Source: Bacillota bacterium (GTDB lineage: Bacteria > Bacillota > JAAYKD01). Taken from it: 64,000 nucleotides of DNA. Made by a program: the position numbers and the translations under genes. The stretch is from contig OY762825.2 of the NCBI GenBank assembly GCA_963666425.2, forward strand, positions 1,568,001-1,632,000, in the 5' to 3' direction. How positions within the stretch are numbered: the first letter of the stretch is position 1; each line of letters begins with the position of its first letter. Under the pieces are notes generated by a model. The model was given only the letters and a program-made list of their open reading frames with translations, did not search any database and was not told the origin of the DNA. Of this stretch, positions 50,592-61,180 are shown piece after piece.

Positions 50592-51986
50592 TTAGCGCTG
50601 CTCCACTGCGGCCTGCATACCGGCGTATTCACCGTTAATCATATTGTAAAATACTTTACAGCCGTCATAAAACTCAATGATCCAGACTGACTGCACATTG
50701 TCCTGCTGTTCATTGACAAGATAACCTTCATAAATATCCCGCAAAGGCATGTCTTCGCGCGCGAGATTGCCAAATAGCTCAGACCATTGCCACCACAAAC
50801 GCCATAAAGCATTGCTGCTGCTGATTGCCAAATATTGGCGCTGTGAAGCACCTAAAAGCGGTTCGGAAAGCTGCATCGAACTCACTTCGCTTCCCTTGCT
50901 TTCCACGGTCAAACTGCCGCTGACGACCCCTTCCTTGACGGTGCAATAAATCGGTTTCCCATTGCTGATCAACGTATAATAGGAGGTACAGCGTTCACCG
51001 GTTGCTTCCATCCCATCATAGATATATTCGGAGGTATCCGGCCAAAGCTGCAGTACATTCAGCATCGAAACAACCGCTCTCATCGGGCTCTGCTCTTTCG
51101 CTGCAGCGTTCACACTCTGCTGCAGCTGTAATTCCACATAACCGGTGGTATACTCAGGCAGTTTCATGGTACGCTGACCATCGTAATAGGTCACCGTATC
51201 ACTGCTGTCGGTATAGGTACGAACCATAGCCGTGTCCTCAAAAAAGCGGCTGGCTAAGACATCCAGTTCCGGCAGCACCATCGGCGTCACTTCGCGGGTG
51301 GCCGCATATAAATTCGTGCGATAACTGTAAATTGGATTGACGGTACTGAAGCCGAAGCTTTCCAGATAGATGGGCTGAATGGCATAATAGACACTCTCCT
51401 GCGTGACTTCCAACAAAGTGTAGATCACAGAAGCACTGCAGACAAACGGCATCGCATAGTAAATCTGATGTTCCACATCTTCCAGAATAATCGTGTTGTC
51501 CGTCATAGCAGAGACATAGATTCGGTTGACCACCGGCATTTGTTCCCGATCATTCGCCTGCCAACGGATCCCCAGGCTGTCACAAAACTGATCCAACGGT
51601 GTTGGAGCAGATAACATCATGATTAAACTTGGCCGGGTTGTATTCCATTCCTCCGCATTGACCGTGCGTAATTGTGCGAAATCCAATTTTGCCGCCGAAC
51701 GAAAACTGCCGTTCAGTACTGTGCTCCAGATGGTTTGAAAATAAGCGGAGCTGCTGCGCAGCAATGCCGCTTCTCCGTTGGGCAATTGTGCGATCATCCG
51801 CGGCGGGACGGCAAATAAACTCAAATCCAATTCTTCTGTTTGCTGCCCTTCTTTTGGTTCCGACGCCGCTGTTAAAGTACGGTAAATGTCTTGGCTGTTA
51901 CTCATCAGGGTGACAAATTGCCAAAAAGCCAGACAGACCAACAGGATCAGCAGAGGTGTTTCTACCTTTTTTATCAATCTCTTCAT
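50592..51986 (-). CDS. yycH: YycH-like WalK regulatory protein
   Basis: N-terminal TM; YYDGQR; position between walK and yycI. Confidence 0.7.
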   Translation of the reverse strand: MKRLIKKVETPLLILLVCLAFWQFVTLMSNSQDIYRTLTAASEPKEGQQTEELDLSLFAVPPRMIAQLPNGEAALLRSSSAYFQTIWSTVLNGSFRSAAKLDFAQLRTVNAEEWNTTRPSLIMMLSAPTPLDQFCDSLGIRWQANDREQMPVVNRIYVSAMTDNTIILEDVEHQIYYAMPFVCSASVIYTLLEVTQESVYYAIQPIYLESFGFSTVNPIYSYRTNLYAATREVTPMVLPELDVLASRFFEDTAMVRTYTDSSDTVTYYDGQRTMKLPEYTTGYVELQLQQSVNAAAKEQSPMRAVVSMLNVLQLWPDTSEYIYDGMEATGERCTSYYTLISNGKPIYCTVKEGVVSGSLTVESKGSEVSSMQLSEPLLGASQRQYLAISSSNALWRLWWQWSELFGNLAREDMPLRDIYEGYLVNEQQDNVQSVWIIEFYDGCKVFYNMINGEYAGMQAAVEQR

Positions 51987-51989
51987 GGC

Positions 51990-53936
51990 TTATAGCTCCG
52001 CTCCGAAATTCTCCGGTTTCGGCAGCCAGATGCGCACGGTCGTACCTACTCCATATTCACTTTCCAAAGCGATGCGGCCGCCATGTCCATCCACGATTTG
52101 CCGGGCAATCGAAAGGCCCAGACCATTGCCGCCTTTTTCTCTGGAGCGCGCTTTATCGACCCGGTAAAAACGTTCAAAAATCCGCTCCATCGATTCCTTG
52201 GGAATACCAATACCGGTATCCTGAACCGTGATCTCACTCCCGTCATCCACCTCGGTCAAAGTCAGATAAATGCTGCCCCGAGCCGGTGTGTAAAGATTGG
52301 CATTGGCTAAAATGTTAATCAAAACTTGTTGAATTTTATCCTGCACGGCATTGACCTTTGGGGAACCGATCGGTAAAACCATGGAAAAATTCTGTTCTTT
52401 TACCGCAAATTGAGGCTCCATCACTTCTGAAACGGCATGAATGATCTCTTTCAAATCCTGCACGAAGTAGGGCTCCCGCTTGGAAATGCTGTCAAGACGG
52501 GTCAAATAGAGTAAATCATTGACCAGACGCGTCATACGATCGGTTTCGTTGATTACAACACCCAAAAAGCGCTGCGCCAGTTCCGGTTCATGTAAAGCTC
52601 CGTCTTTTAAAGTCTCGACATAGGTTCGCACCGTCGTTAATGGGGTCCGCAGCTCATGAGAAACATTGGCCACAAAATCCCGGCGCATTTCTTCCAGTTT
52701 ATTTTCTTCTGTCATGTCGAGCAGCACGATCACGACACCGGAACGTTCATTCGCTTTGGTGGAAAAAGGAGCGGCATGAGAACGCAGGATGACATCATTG
52801 GCATTAGGCGTTTCCACTTTAATCTCCTTGGTTACCGTCTCCCCATTGGCCAAAGCTTGCCGCCAGGCAAAATGATACAATTCGGCTGGCAATAAGGCAT
52901 CCAAAAGCTGACCGGCAAGATCCGTCGGCAAATGGAACATTTTACAGGCTGCCGGATTGATGTGAATGATCTTGCCGGTATGATCGATGGCGATCACACC
53001 TTCGGTCATAAAATTCAGCATGGCTTCCATTTTACTTTTTTCATCAGCGATTTCGGTCAGGGTATCCCGTAAACGCAGGGAAAGACCGTTGAAGGTACGC
53101 CCCAAATCACCGACTTCATCTTCCGATTGAATCGCAATCTGGCTGTTAAAATCACCGGCTGCCATTTCTTTGGCTCTGGAATTCAACACCCGGATCGGAC
53201 CTGTGATCGTACCGGCCATCACCGAAGCCATCATCCCGATAATCAGCATAGAACCGAAGGTCGCCACCACTACCATAGAACGCACATGCTGCAAATTACT
53301 GGTGATACTGCCAATCCCGCTTTCAACATAAATCATGCCCAAGACAGCATTGGTTTCCGTATCGGTAACCGGGAAAGTGAGAATTTTGATATACTGCTGG
53401 CTTTGATCCGGCTTCACATATTTTACATGCGTCTCCATGATCGTACCTTGCAGCAAAGTTTGGTTTAAGAGGGAATAATCCACCGACTCCAGGCAATTGA
53501 CACCGACCGTCTTGGCGACCGGTTTTAAGGCAGTATCCAAGACAGCCAGCTGAAAACTCTCTGCTTGGCCCTCCGTCTCTGTCGGAGCAGAAGCACGCAC
53601 CAAACTGCTGAGATTTGCTTGCAATTCTACCAGAACAACAGCCAGATTGTCCCGTTTGTTTTCCAGTTGCTGTAAGGTGGGGATATCATGATCCGCCTGT
53701 TGCTGCAGATCCTGGATCTGCGTGACCAAGGATTTAAAGCTCTGATCCTGCAACAGAAATTCCCGGGCCGAGAATTGCAGGGGATACGTTGCCTGCTCCA
53801 TGGTCCGGGTATGGGTTTCATTATAAAAACTCTCCAGGCTGATCCATAGGTATAAACCGATAAACATCATCGCCGCCATCATCAATAAAAGCATGATGAC
53901 CACCATACGGCCTCGGATGGATTTTAACCAACTCAT
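51990..53936 (-). CDS. walK: Sensor histidine kinase WalK-like
   Basis: Two TM, HAMP, PAS (EGVIAID), FVANVSHELRTPLT, RVDKARSR..GGNGLGL. Confidence 0.88.
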   Translation of the reverse strand: MSWLKSIRGRMVVIMLLLMMAAMMFIGLYLWISLESFYNETHTRTMEQATYPLQFSAREFLLQDQSFKSLVTQIQDLQQQADHDIPTLQQLENKRDNLAVVLVELQANLSSLVRASAPTETEGQAESFQLAVLDTALKPVAKTVGVNCLESVDYSLLNQTLLQGTIMETHVKYVKPDQSQQYIKILTFPVTDTETNAVLGMIYVESGIGSITSNLQHVRSMVVVATFGSMLIIGMMASVMAGTITGPIRVLNSRAKEMAAGDFNSQIAIQSEDEVGDLGRTFNGLSLRLRDTLTEIADEKSKMEAMLNFMTEGVIAIDHTGKIIHINPAACKMFHLPTDLAGQLLDALLPAELYHFAWRQALANGETVTKEIKVETPNANDVILRSHAAPFSTKANERSGVVIVLLDMTEENKLEEMRRDFVANVSHELRTPLTTVRTYVETLKDGALHEPELAQRFLGVVINETDRMTRLVNDLLYLTRLDSISKREPYFVQDLKEIIHAVSEVMEPQFAVKEQNFSMVLPIGSPKVNAVQDKIQQVLINILANANLYTPARGSIYLTLTEVDDGSEITVQDTGIGIPKESMERIFERFYRVDKARSREKGGNGLGLSIARQIVDGHGGRIALESEYGVGTTVRIWLPKPENFGAEL

Positions 53937-53960
53937 CGATTATTTCCTCTTTTGCTGTTT

Positions 53961-54680
53961 CTAGCTTGCGTTCGGGTTGAACAGATAACCAACACCGCGG
54001 CGGGTTTCTATATACTGCGGGGAAGAAGGATCTACCTCCACTTTTTCTCTCAAACGACGAATGGTTACATCCACGGTACGTCCGTCACCGAAAAATTCAA
54101 AACCCCACACTCTTTGCAGCAATTCATCCCGGGAGAACACCCGACCTGGATTTTGGGCAAGAAATTTCAGCAATTCGAATTCACGCAGGGTCAGATCCAA
54201 TTTTTTCTCATCCCGGCGGGCTTCAACCAAATCCAAATCGATCACTAAACCGTTGAATTCCAGCAAACTCACAGCACTTGTACCGTTGATTGAACTAACT
54301 TCATTCTTACCGAAACGTTTGCTGCGGCGCAGGAAGGCTTTAATCCGTGCCATCAGTTCACGAATGCTGAACGGTTTGGTCATATAATCATCCGCTCCGG
54401 CATCCAGACCATTGACTAAATCCACTTCATTGTCTTTGGCAGTCAACATAATAATCGGAATCGTCAGTTCTTTTCGAAGCTGGCGGCAAACACTGACACC
54501 ATCCAGTTTGGGGAGCATGATATCCAGCAAAATCAAATCCGGCTGATAAAGATACGCTTTTGTCACGGCTTCTTCACCGTCAAAAGCCACTTCAACCTGA
54601 TAACCATCTTTTTCTAAATTATACTTGATAATTTCAGCAATGGGCTTTTCGTCTTCTACGACCAGAATCTTCTCTGACAT
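53961..54680 (-). CDS. walR: Response regulator WalR-like
   Basis: EDEKPIAEII, LLDIMLP, LTLREFELL, RTVDVTIRRLREK and TRRGVGY motifs. Confidence 0.9.
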   Translation of the reverse strand: MSEKILVVEDEKPIAEIIKYNLEKDGYQVEVAFDGEEAVTKAYLYQPDLILLDIMLPKLDGVSVCRQLRKELTIPIIMLTAKDNEVDLVNGLDAGADDYMTKPFSIRELMARIKAFLRRSKRFGKNEVSSINGTSAVSLLEFNGLVIDLDLVEARRDEKKLDLTLREFELLKFLAQNPGRVFSRDELLQRVWGFEFFGDGRTVDVTIRRLREKVEVDPSSPQYIETRRGVGYLFNPNAS

Positions 54681-54796
54681 CCCTTCATCGCCTCCACCTT
54701 AACTGTAAATATATTCATTCGTCAAAGCTGAATCAGTTCCCTTCTCTTACAGCCCACTCGATTTTAGCTTGAGGCAGCACTGCCGATCACAGCTCA

Positions 54797-54843
54797 AAAA
54801 AACAGCCGGCAGTGTTTGAACTGCCGGCTGTTTGTCTTTTTTA
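54797..54843 (-). terminator. Intrinsic terminator
   Basis: AAACAGCCGGCAGT...ACTGCCGGCTGTTT. Confidence 0.75.
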
Positions 54844-56337
54844 TGGCAAATACGGCCAGGGATTGACACGTACACCGTTGACAAGGATTTCAAAGTGTAA
54901 GTGAGTACCGAAACTGTAGCCGGTGTTGCCTTCAATACCAATGGCATCGCCCTGACGTACCGATTCGCCGTAAGAAACCAGGAAGGAACTTAAGTGTCCA
55001 TAGCGGGTCATGTAGCCATTATTGTGATTGATGGTGATATAATTGCCCAAACCGAAATAATCATAGCCGATATCAGAAACGACGCCGGAGTCGGCTGCCA
55101 CAATGGTGGCGTAACTGCCGGTGGAAATATCCATGCCGCGGTGATAACCATATTCATACCAGCCATAACCGGCCGTAACGGTACCCCATAAAGGCCAAGT
55201 AAACGTTCCGGTACCCACGCCATACGGAATTTGGGTTCCTTTTAGGACAACCTGGGTGACAGGCTGACTGACGATCGTTTCACCCAAAGACGCTCTCGTT
55301 ACTTCAATCCCGTTCTGACGTGTAATCGCATATTCTGCAACTTTTAAGCCATAGGAACCTGAGGTCAGCACCTGGCTTTCCGTGACATACATCTCATCGG
55401 AATAACGGGTTTCCGTAGCATAGGGAAGACTGATTTCCTCACGCACGGTTTCATTGGTCACAACGCCAACCATTGGCTCCGCTTGGGTGATCACCAATTG
55501 GTCACCCGGTTTCAGATAAGCGGCATTGGGATTATTCGCTAAAAGCTCGTCCACCGAAACAGATTGTGCCATCGCAATATCCCAGATGGTATCGCCGCTG
55601 TTGACGGTAACAACTTCATTGCGAACCGAACCGGAAACCAGTAAATTTGTCGCTTCATTGATGGATTTTACATCCGCAAGACTGACTGTTTCACGGTGAA
55701 CGGTAAGGGTATCGGAAAACTGCGCCTGCAGTGTTTCCACTTCACTTGAATCCGAGGTATAATAAAGGCGGACATTATCCAAAACCTGATTGACATCCGC
55801 AGCACTGGCAAGTGCAATTTTTGCTCTGTCTTCTACATAGATGACGGAAGCCTGCGCTTTGATCGTCATTTTCTGACTTAAGGCTGTTTTCAGTTCCTTG
55901 TTTGTGCTGAAACTTTCTCTTTGCATCACCGGATAGTAGCTAACAGCCGGATCCGCGACTAAAGAGTAACTCGAGCTGATTCCGCTTTCCGCAAGAACTT
56001 CATTGACTAATTTTTGCCCAATCTCCGGCGATTGAACCGTGCCTATCACTTCTTGATCGATCATGACCTGATAAGCTACCCGCGGTATCGCCGCACCAAT
56101 CAAGATGACCAAAGTCAGCAGCACAGCCATCATCGTTTTTCCGATTCTGTTCCGGCGAACTGCCAAGGTATGATTTACCTTTTGCCAAGCCAGCTTACTC
56201 TCATTCCAAACCGGAAGCACGATCCTGCTTCTTTCCATTCTCAAATCCGAAATTAAGAGTTCGGGTGAGAGAAGCTGAAACAGCTTACGTCTGGATTGAC
56301 GCAGCCCTTCTTTTAAAAATGTGAGATTAATCCTCAA
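54841..56337 (-). CDS. M23 peptidase with LysM and G5 domains
   Basis: GDTIWDIA (LysM); G5 region; HRGMD, YGHL and HLHFE motifs; start uncertain. Confidence 0.88.
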   Translation of the reverse strand: MRINLTFLKEGLRQSRRKLFQLLSPELLISDLRMERSRIVLPVWNESKLAWQKVNHTLAVRRNRIGKTMMAVLLTLVILIGAAIPRVAYQVMIDQEVIGTVQSPEIGQKLVNEVLAESGISSSYSLVADPAVSYYPVMQRESFSTNKELKTALSQKMTIKAQASVIYVEDRAKIALASAADVNQVLDNVRLYYTSDSSEVETLQAQFSDTLTVHRETVSLADVKSINEATNLLVSGSVRNEVVTVNSGDTIWDIAMAQSVSVDELLANNPNAAYLKPGDQLVITQAEPMVGVVTNETVREEISLPYATETRYSDEMYVTESQVLTSGSYGLKVAEYAITRQNGIEVTRASLGETIVSQPVTQVVLKGTQIPYGVGTGTFTWPLWGTVTAGYGWYEYGYHRGMDISTGSYATIVAADSGVVSDIGYDYFGLGNYITINHNNGYMTRYGHLSSFLVSYGESVRQGDAIGIEGNTGYSFGTHLHFEILVNGVRVNPWPYLP

Positions 56338-56410
56338 TAGGAGCTGCCTCCTTTTCTGCTCAATATCGCGTGAGTTCAGTCAAGATAACTAGCCAAAATT
56401 ACTGTTACAT

Positions 56411-56427
56411 TGTAACCTGATTGTAAT
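56411..56427 (+). promoter_or_regulatory. WalR-box-like direct repeat
   Basis: TGTAAC-CTGAT-TGTAAT matches TGTWAH-N5-TGTWAH. Confidence 0.65.
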
Positions 56428-56879
56428 AAAAAATCAAGTCTTTCGCCTGTCAAATCAATCCGACCTAATGCCATTTATTTCCACGCGATTCAATCTCTGC
56501 TTTTCTGCTCAAATAAAGCGAAGCTGAATAGAAGAATGATTATTTCTATGATTTCGAAAAATAAAAGCAGCTAATTAAATGATTTAAGCTGTTATTTTAT
56601 TTGCTAGTAATCTGCCTACATATTTCTATATCGTGACAGAAACTGTAACATTTTGTGACATCTGTAACTTTACTCCTCAAGCGCAGAATCGCTCTGGAAA
56701 AATAGCTCCGGATTTTAGAGATTTATTTCACAGAGTTGGGCATTATCGTTGTATTTCGTGTAATTAAGCCAGAGACGCATAATAAAATCCATGAAAATTC
56801 GGCTATATATTGTCTTTCAATTTTTCACTCTCTACTATACCTAGATTTACTTTAATTTGTAAAAACAAAATCGGCCGCG

Positions 56880-56920
56880 AAAAAAAAGAAAAGGCATGAT
56901 GCTTGCTGCAGCATCATGCC
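56880..56920 (-). terminator. Terminator of the tRNA pair
   Basis: GGCATGATGC...GCATCATGCC followed by a T-run on the minus strand. Confidence 0.75.
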
Positions 56921-56935
56921 AAAAACCTAACAACT

Positions 56936-57010
56936 TGGAGCGGAAGACGGGATTCGAACCCGCAACATTCAGCTTGGGAAGCTGACGCTCTACCGTTGAA
57001 CTACTTCCGC
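56936..57010 (-). tRNA. tRNA-Gly (CCC)
   Basis: GCGGAAG acceptor; TCAGC-TTCCCAA-GCTGA anticodon arm; GGTTCGAATCC; CCA end. Confidence 0.95.
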
Positions 57011-57020
57011 TGATCAAAGA

Positions 57021-57095
57021 TGGAGCCAGTGATAGGATTCGAACCTACAACCTACTGATTACAAATCAGTTGCGCTGCCGTTGCGCCACACTGGC
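57021..57095 (-). tRNA. tRNA-Thr (TGT)
   Basis: GCCAGTG acceptor; ACTGA-TTTGTAA-TCAGT anticodon arm; GGTTCGAATCC; CCA end. Confidence 0.95.
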
Positions 57096-57115
57096 TTTTC
57101 TAAGTAACATGGTAT

Positions 57116-57144
57116 AATATAACGAAAAAGAAACGTTCTGTCAA
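57116..57144 (-). promoter_or_regulatory. Sigma-A promoter of the tRNA pair
   Basis: TTGACA-N17-TATATT. Confidence 0.7.
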
Positions 57145-57278
57145 GCCTGTTTTCGCGATACTACAGAAAAAGAAGTTCTGTGACCCGGATTACAATCAAG
57201 AAATTCACCCGGCGGCATCCGTTTGGCACAGCTGGTTTCATTTCGTTGGGAGCAGCAGACGGACAGGAGCATCTTTTT

Positions 57279-58130
57279 TTATAGGATATCAAACGGGAAG
57301 AGATAGGTAGGACATTTTCGATAGAGTTCAAAACCGCATTTTTCCGCAATCCGCTGTGAAGCTACATTATAGATGGTAGTATTCCAAACCGGAGCTAAAT
57401 GTATCTTGATACAGTGTTCGAGATAGGCTCTGGTTACCATAGTGGCAAGTCCTTTGTTGCGGTCGCTGTCATTATAAGTGCGTAAGACGCAGTCATGGTA
57501 AACACCGCTGACATAGCCGCTGAAGCAGACGGAAATAACATGATGTCCCGAGGTTACGCAATAGCCAAAGCCCTTAGTCAGGAACGCTTCCAACGATAGC
57601 CAATCATTACCCAGGATATCCTCCCTTAAAATATGACTCACGTCATTCTGCAGCATAGAGGTATCGATTTTTTTCAGTTCGTAATTGCCCGGCAGCGGCA
57701 CTTCTGTTTTCGTTGTACGCAAATAGTTCTGCCGGTTAAAAACATAGGTCAGAGTTTCAGTCTTTTCGAACTCACTGTCTTCTCTCACTTTGCCCAAGAT
57801 CTGATCAAAGGTATCCTGCCAGGTCTCTTCATAAAAGGGCAGGTAGAAGTGAGTGCCGCCGGAAAGGGAAAGTGAGGCGGGAGCCAATTGATTTTTCAGA
57901 AAATCATACAGATACGAATTGAATTCCGGGTTATTGCTTTGGCCTAAAACAGCAAAGGAGCTGCCGACTGCCCAAAGCAAAGCTGACTTGGGGTTCTCAA
58001 TGTCATCCACATAAATTCTGCCCGGATTGGTTTCGTCTACTACTGCGAGCAAACGGACATTCACATCCGGTCTGCCTTTAATCAGCGGCATGATATAACG
58101 GTAGTGCTGCCGGGGCAATTCTGTAATCAT
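57279..58130 (-). CDS. GNAT family acetyltransferase
   Basis: PGRIYVD; RNKGLA acetyl-CoA motif; NVASQRIAEKCGF. Confidence 0.85.
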   Translation of the reverse strand: MITELPRQHYRYIMPLIKGRPDVNVRLLAVVDETNPGRIYVDDIENPKSALLWAVGSSFAVLGQSNNPEFNSYLYDFLKNQLAPASLSLSGGTHFYLPFYEETWQDTFDQILGKVREDSEFEKTETLTYVFNRQNYLRTTKTEVPLPGNYELKKIDTSMLQNDVSHILREDILGNDWLSLEAFLTKGFGYCVTSGHHVISVCFSGYVSGVYHDCVLRTYNDSDRNKGLATMVTRAYLEHCIKIHLAPVWNTTIYNVASQRIAEKCGFELYRKCPTYLFPFDIL

Positions 58131-58262
58131 CTGATTCCCCCCTTTTATTGCAAAATCCCTCTGATTCATTATAACATGCTGTCAGGAATTTACAACTGGA
58201 AGGTGCCTGAATTATCACTTTCAGGAATGAAATTCCTATTTCACAGTTTCGTTTTGGACGAG

Positions 58263-59456
58263 TTATTTCTTAACTTCCGCAGCGATCGGATTGAGATACT
58301 TCTGCTCTACAGCAGGCACATAATAGGCGCCGTATGTTTTCAGCCCGTTTTCCCGCTGCAGATCGATTAGTTCAACCCAGAACCGGTAATATGGAAAAAA
58401 AGTTTCGTTTGTATTGGCTGTTCGGTAGACTAATTCTGTTTTCACAATATATTCTTCACCGGGCATTTTTTCAGGAACAGAAGTGAAATAGTTCCCGTTC
58501 AGCAATAATTCGGCAGCTTCCTCCGCTGTAATGATCGGATAATCACCGATTTTTTCAGCAAGGGTAAGTTGATTGGATTTGCGGATCAGCCTTAAATTTC
58601 CATTATCATCCGGAGCGAACTGTACTTTATTGAAATTGAAATTTAAAATCTGCTCTGTCAGGCTGCCCGCCGAATCGTAGGCGTAGTAGCTCCGATTGCG
58701 GCTGCCATCAAACGTATAATCTGCAAAGAGAGCCTTTTGTGGCTGGTCGAAAGAGACGAACGCAGCGTACCTTTCCAGTAAATAATCAGTTATGCTTTTC
58801 GCTTCCTCATCTGAGATATCTTCGTTCTTAAAGTAATATTCCGCAGGTAACGCAAGACCTTCGATAAAATTGATCGTAACCATGGCGCTTTTCGTAACCG
58901 CTATCTTCGCAGTCGCGGTCTCGGCAATGACAGACCATATCACATCATGATCATCAAGGCTTGCCTCCGATTTATAGCCAGGTTTCTCATTGACATCGTA
59001 TTTAATGTCTGTTATTTTCATTCCCAGTGCGTTCGCAGCCTGCTCGGTCAACTCCAGCATGTGTTCTTTTCCGATTCCGGCCGAGGCGATACCAGACGAA
59101 TAGTAAGGAATATTTTGATAAACCGGCATGGTATTCAATTTGCTGTTTACCGTCCACGGATTGCCATTCGCAAGCTCGGAAATATCATAAGCCAAACAGG
59201 CCTCGAAGCCCATTCCCCCACTTTCCGCTGAGATCGTCAGCTTGGGCAGATTCCTCGCCTCCATAGAGATTTTCAGCTCGGATAGCATGGTTGGAAGGAA
59301 CCTGACTCCAGCAGAGAACATCAGCAGCAGACAAGCGGCAAGCAAACTCCATTTCAGCCAAATGCGTTTTTGGCTGACCTTTTCTTTCAGCGCCGCTTCT
59401 TCAATATATTCGTCCTTGACTTGGCCGATCACATGGAGAATCTTTTCATTTTTCAT
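58263..59456 (-). CDS. Putative anti-sigma factor (one TM, large extracellular domain)
   Basis: IGQVKDEYIEEA N-terminus and AACL TM; overlaps the sigma factor stop codon. Confidence 0.7.
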   Translation of the reverse strand: MKNEKILHVIGQVKDEYIEEAALKEKVSQKRIWLKWSLLAACLLLMFSAGVRFLPTMLSELKISMEARNLPKLTISAESGGMGFEACLAYDISELANGNPWTVNSKLNTMPVYQNIPYYSSGIASAGIGKEHMLELTEQAANALGMKITDIKYDVNEKPGYKSEASLDDHDVIWSVIAETATAKIAVTKSAMVTINFIEGLALPAEYYFKNEDISDEEAKSITDYLLERYAAFVSFDQPQKALFADYTFDGSRNRSYYAYDSAGSLTEQILNFNFNKVQFAPDDNGNLRLIRKSNQLTLAEKIGDYPIITAEEAAELLLNGNYFTSVPEKMPGEEYIVKTELVYRTANTNETFFPYYRFWVELIDLQRENGLKTYGAYYVPAVEQKYLNPIAAEVKK

Positions 59457-60013
59457 AGAGTGATGCCTTCTTTCTCAAGAAATAGCTTTAGTTCGTTGCG
59501 CAGCCTGAATAAGATGGATTTCACCTTATTTTCGTTCATTTTGTATTCCTTGGCAATTTCCTTGATTGAACAGAGATACCAATAGCGGCGCATGAAGACA
59601 ATGCGATTCATTCGGGGCAAGGCAGCAAGAAAAGAGTTGATGGTGTCAAGCAAAAGTATTTCATCGACTGATTGTTCCACACTCTCAGACGATGGCACGC
59701 AATCATCCAGTTCAGACAATACGAGATCAACCTGCCCGGAGCCTCGTTTATTGGCGGTATACCCCATATATTTGTTGATTGAAAGATTGCGCGTTATTTT
59801 ACCCAAATAGGTAGACAAGCGATTGGGACGCTGCGTCGGCATAGAGTTCCACGCTCGCAGATAGGTATCATTGACACACTCTTCAGCATCCTGCTGGTTA
59901 TGCAGGATGTTAAAAGAAATATAACGACAATACTTTGCGTATTTGATGGATGTTTCAGTGATCGCATTATCAGAACGTTCCCAGTAGAGATCTACTATCT
60001 TGCTATCTTCCAT
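59453..60013 (-). CDS. ECF RNA polymerase sigma factor
   Basis: DAEECVNDTYLRAW, YLGKITRN and VKSILFRLR motifs. Confidence 0.9.
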   Translation of the reverse strand: MEDSKIVDLYWERSDNAITETSIKYAKYCRYISFNILHNQQDAEECVNDTYLRAWNSMPTQRPNRLSTYLGKITRNLSINKYMGYTANKRGSGQVDLVLSELDDCVPSSESVEQSVDEILLLDTINSFLAALPRMNRIVFMRRYWYLCSIKEIAKEYKMNENKVKSILFRLRNELKLFLEKEGITL

Positions 60014-60270
60014 CACACTTTTCCCTTTCCTCATAGAATAAAAGGCCTTTCACCCTAATACACCGGAAAAATCTTATTACGTTGCATTAGAAAAGTAAAA
60101 TCAGCGTTCTACGCGAAACCGCTGACACTGCGCCGCTGTGATTGCCTGAACGGATGCCAACAAAATAGGCAACAAAATGGCATAGCCAAAACGACTATGC
60201 CCGCTACTGCCAGTTTGTTTCTGTATGCGCAGCTGCCTTTTTGGCGGTTGCTTTTTTTATGATCAGATCA

Positions 60271-61146
60271 TCAGTTCAAGATGTCGAGATCCTTACCCGA
60301 CAGAACCAACCCGCTATATTTCTGTTTGATCTGCCAAAGCATCTCGTCCTCCCGTTGCTGAATCGCTGCCGTGGCACCGGATTCATTGTTGCCCGCCATA
60401 AACAATTGGTGATATAAGACCAATTGTCCGGGATTCACCCGAGCGGCAATCTCGGCCAACTGGACGCTCGAGGTATGCATCGTGGTATGATAATGCAGCC
60501 ATTTGGGTGATCTGCTTTTCACTCCGGTCGCGGAATAGACTTCATGCACGAGGATATCACAACCCTTGGCCTGCTGCACCAGCTTCTCACAAGGTACCGT
60601 ATCGCCGGAAATCACGACAATCTTATTAGGGGTAGTGAATTTATAACCGTAGGCTTCAAAAGGCGGATGCAGCACACAGAAAGCCTCCACCCTGACTTTC
60701 TCGTCGGTATAAACGACCCCTTCCTCAATCTCCGTGGCTTTGACCCGAATCCCATCGGCATTGGCTTGTTCGGCGCCAAAACGGCGGGCCTCCAGATCGA
60801 CACGATAAGCCGCCAACAGATGCTCCGTCATTTCCCTGATCCCTTTTGGACCAAAGACTTGCAAAGGTTCTTCTCTGCCCAACACCCAAGGAGTCAAAAT
60901 CAGATCACTGTAACCTGCCGTGTGATCGGAATGCAGATGGGTCAGAAAAGCAATTTTGAGTTGCTTCGCTTCCAGGGCAGAGATACCCAGCCTGTGTGCT
61001 TTTTCCGCCTGCCGGACCAGGCCGGGACCAAAATCCACCAAATAGGAGCGGTCATCCACCACGACGGCCACGCAAGGCCCGGAGCGTTCCGGCAAAGCAT
61101 TGGGAGTACCGGTCCCTAAAAGAATCACCTGTGTCTTGCTTTCCAT
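60271..61146 (-). CDS. MBL-fold metallohydrolase (RNase Z / AtsA-like)
   Basis: LLGTGTP, THLHSDH, SGDT, LVHE, HTS and LYH motifs. Confidence 0.85.
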   Translation of the reverse strand: MESKTQVILLGTGTPNALPERSGPCVAVVVDDRSYLVDFGPGLVRQAEKAHRLGISALEAKQLKIAFLTHLHSDHTAGYSDLILTPWVLGREEPLQVFGPKGIREMTEHLLAAYRVDLEARRFGAEQANADGIRVKATEIEEGVVYTDEKVRVEAFCVLHPPFEAYGYKFTTPNKIVVISGDTVPCEKLVQQAKGCDILVHEVYSATGVKSRSPKWLHYHTTMHTSSVQLAEIAARVNPGQLVLYHQLFMAGNNESGATAAIQQREDEMLWQIKQKYSGLVLSGKDLDILN

Positions 61147-61180
61147 GCTTTCTTCTCCTCAAAAATTGCCGGTTCAGCCG

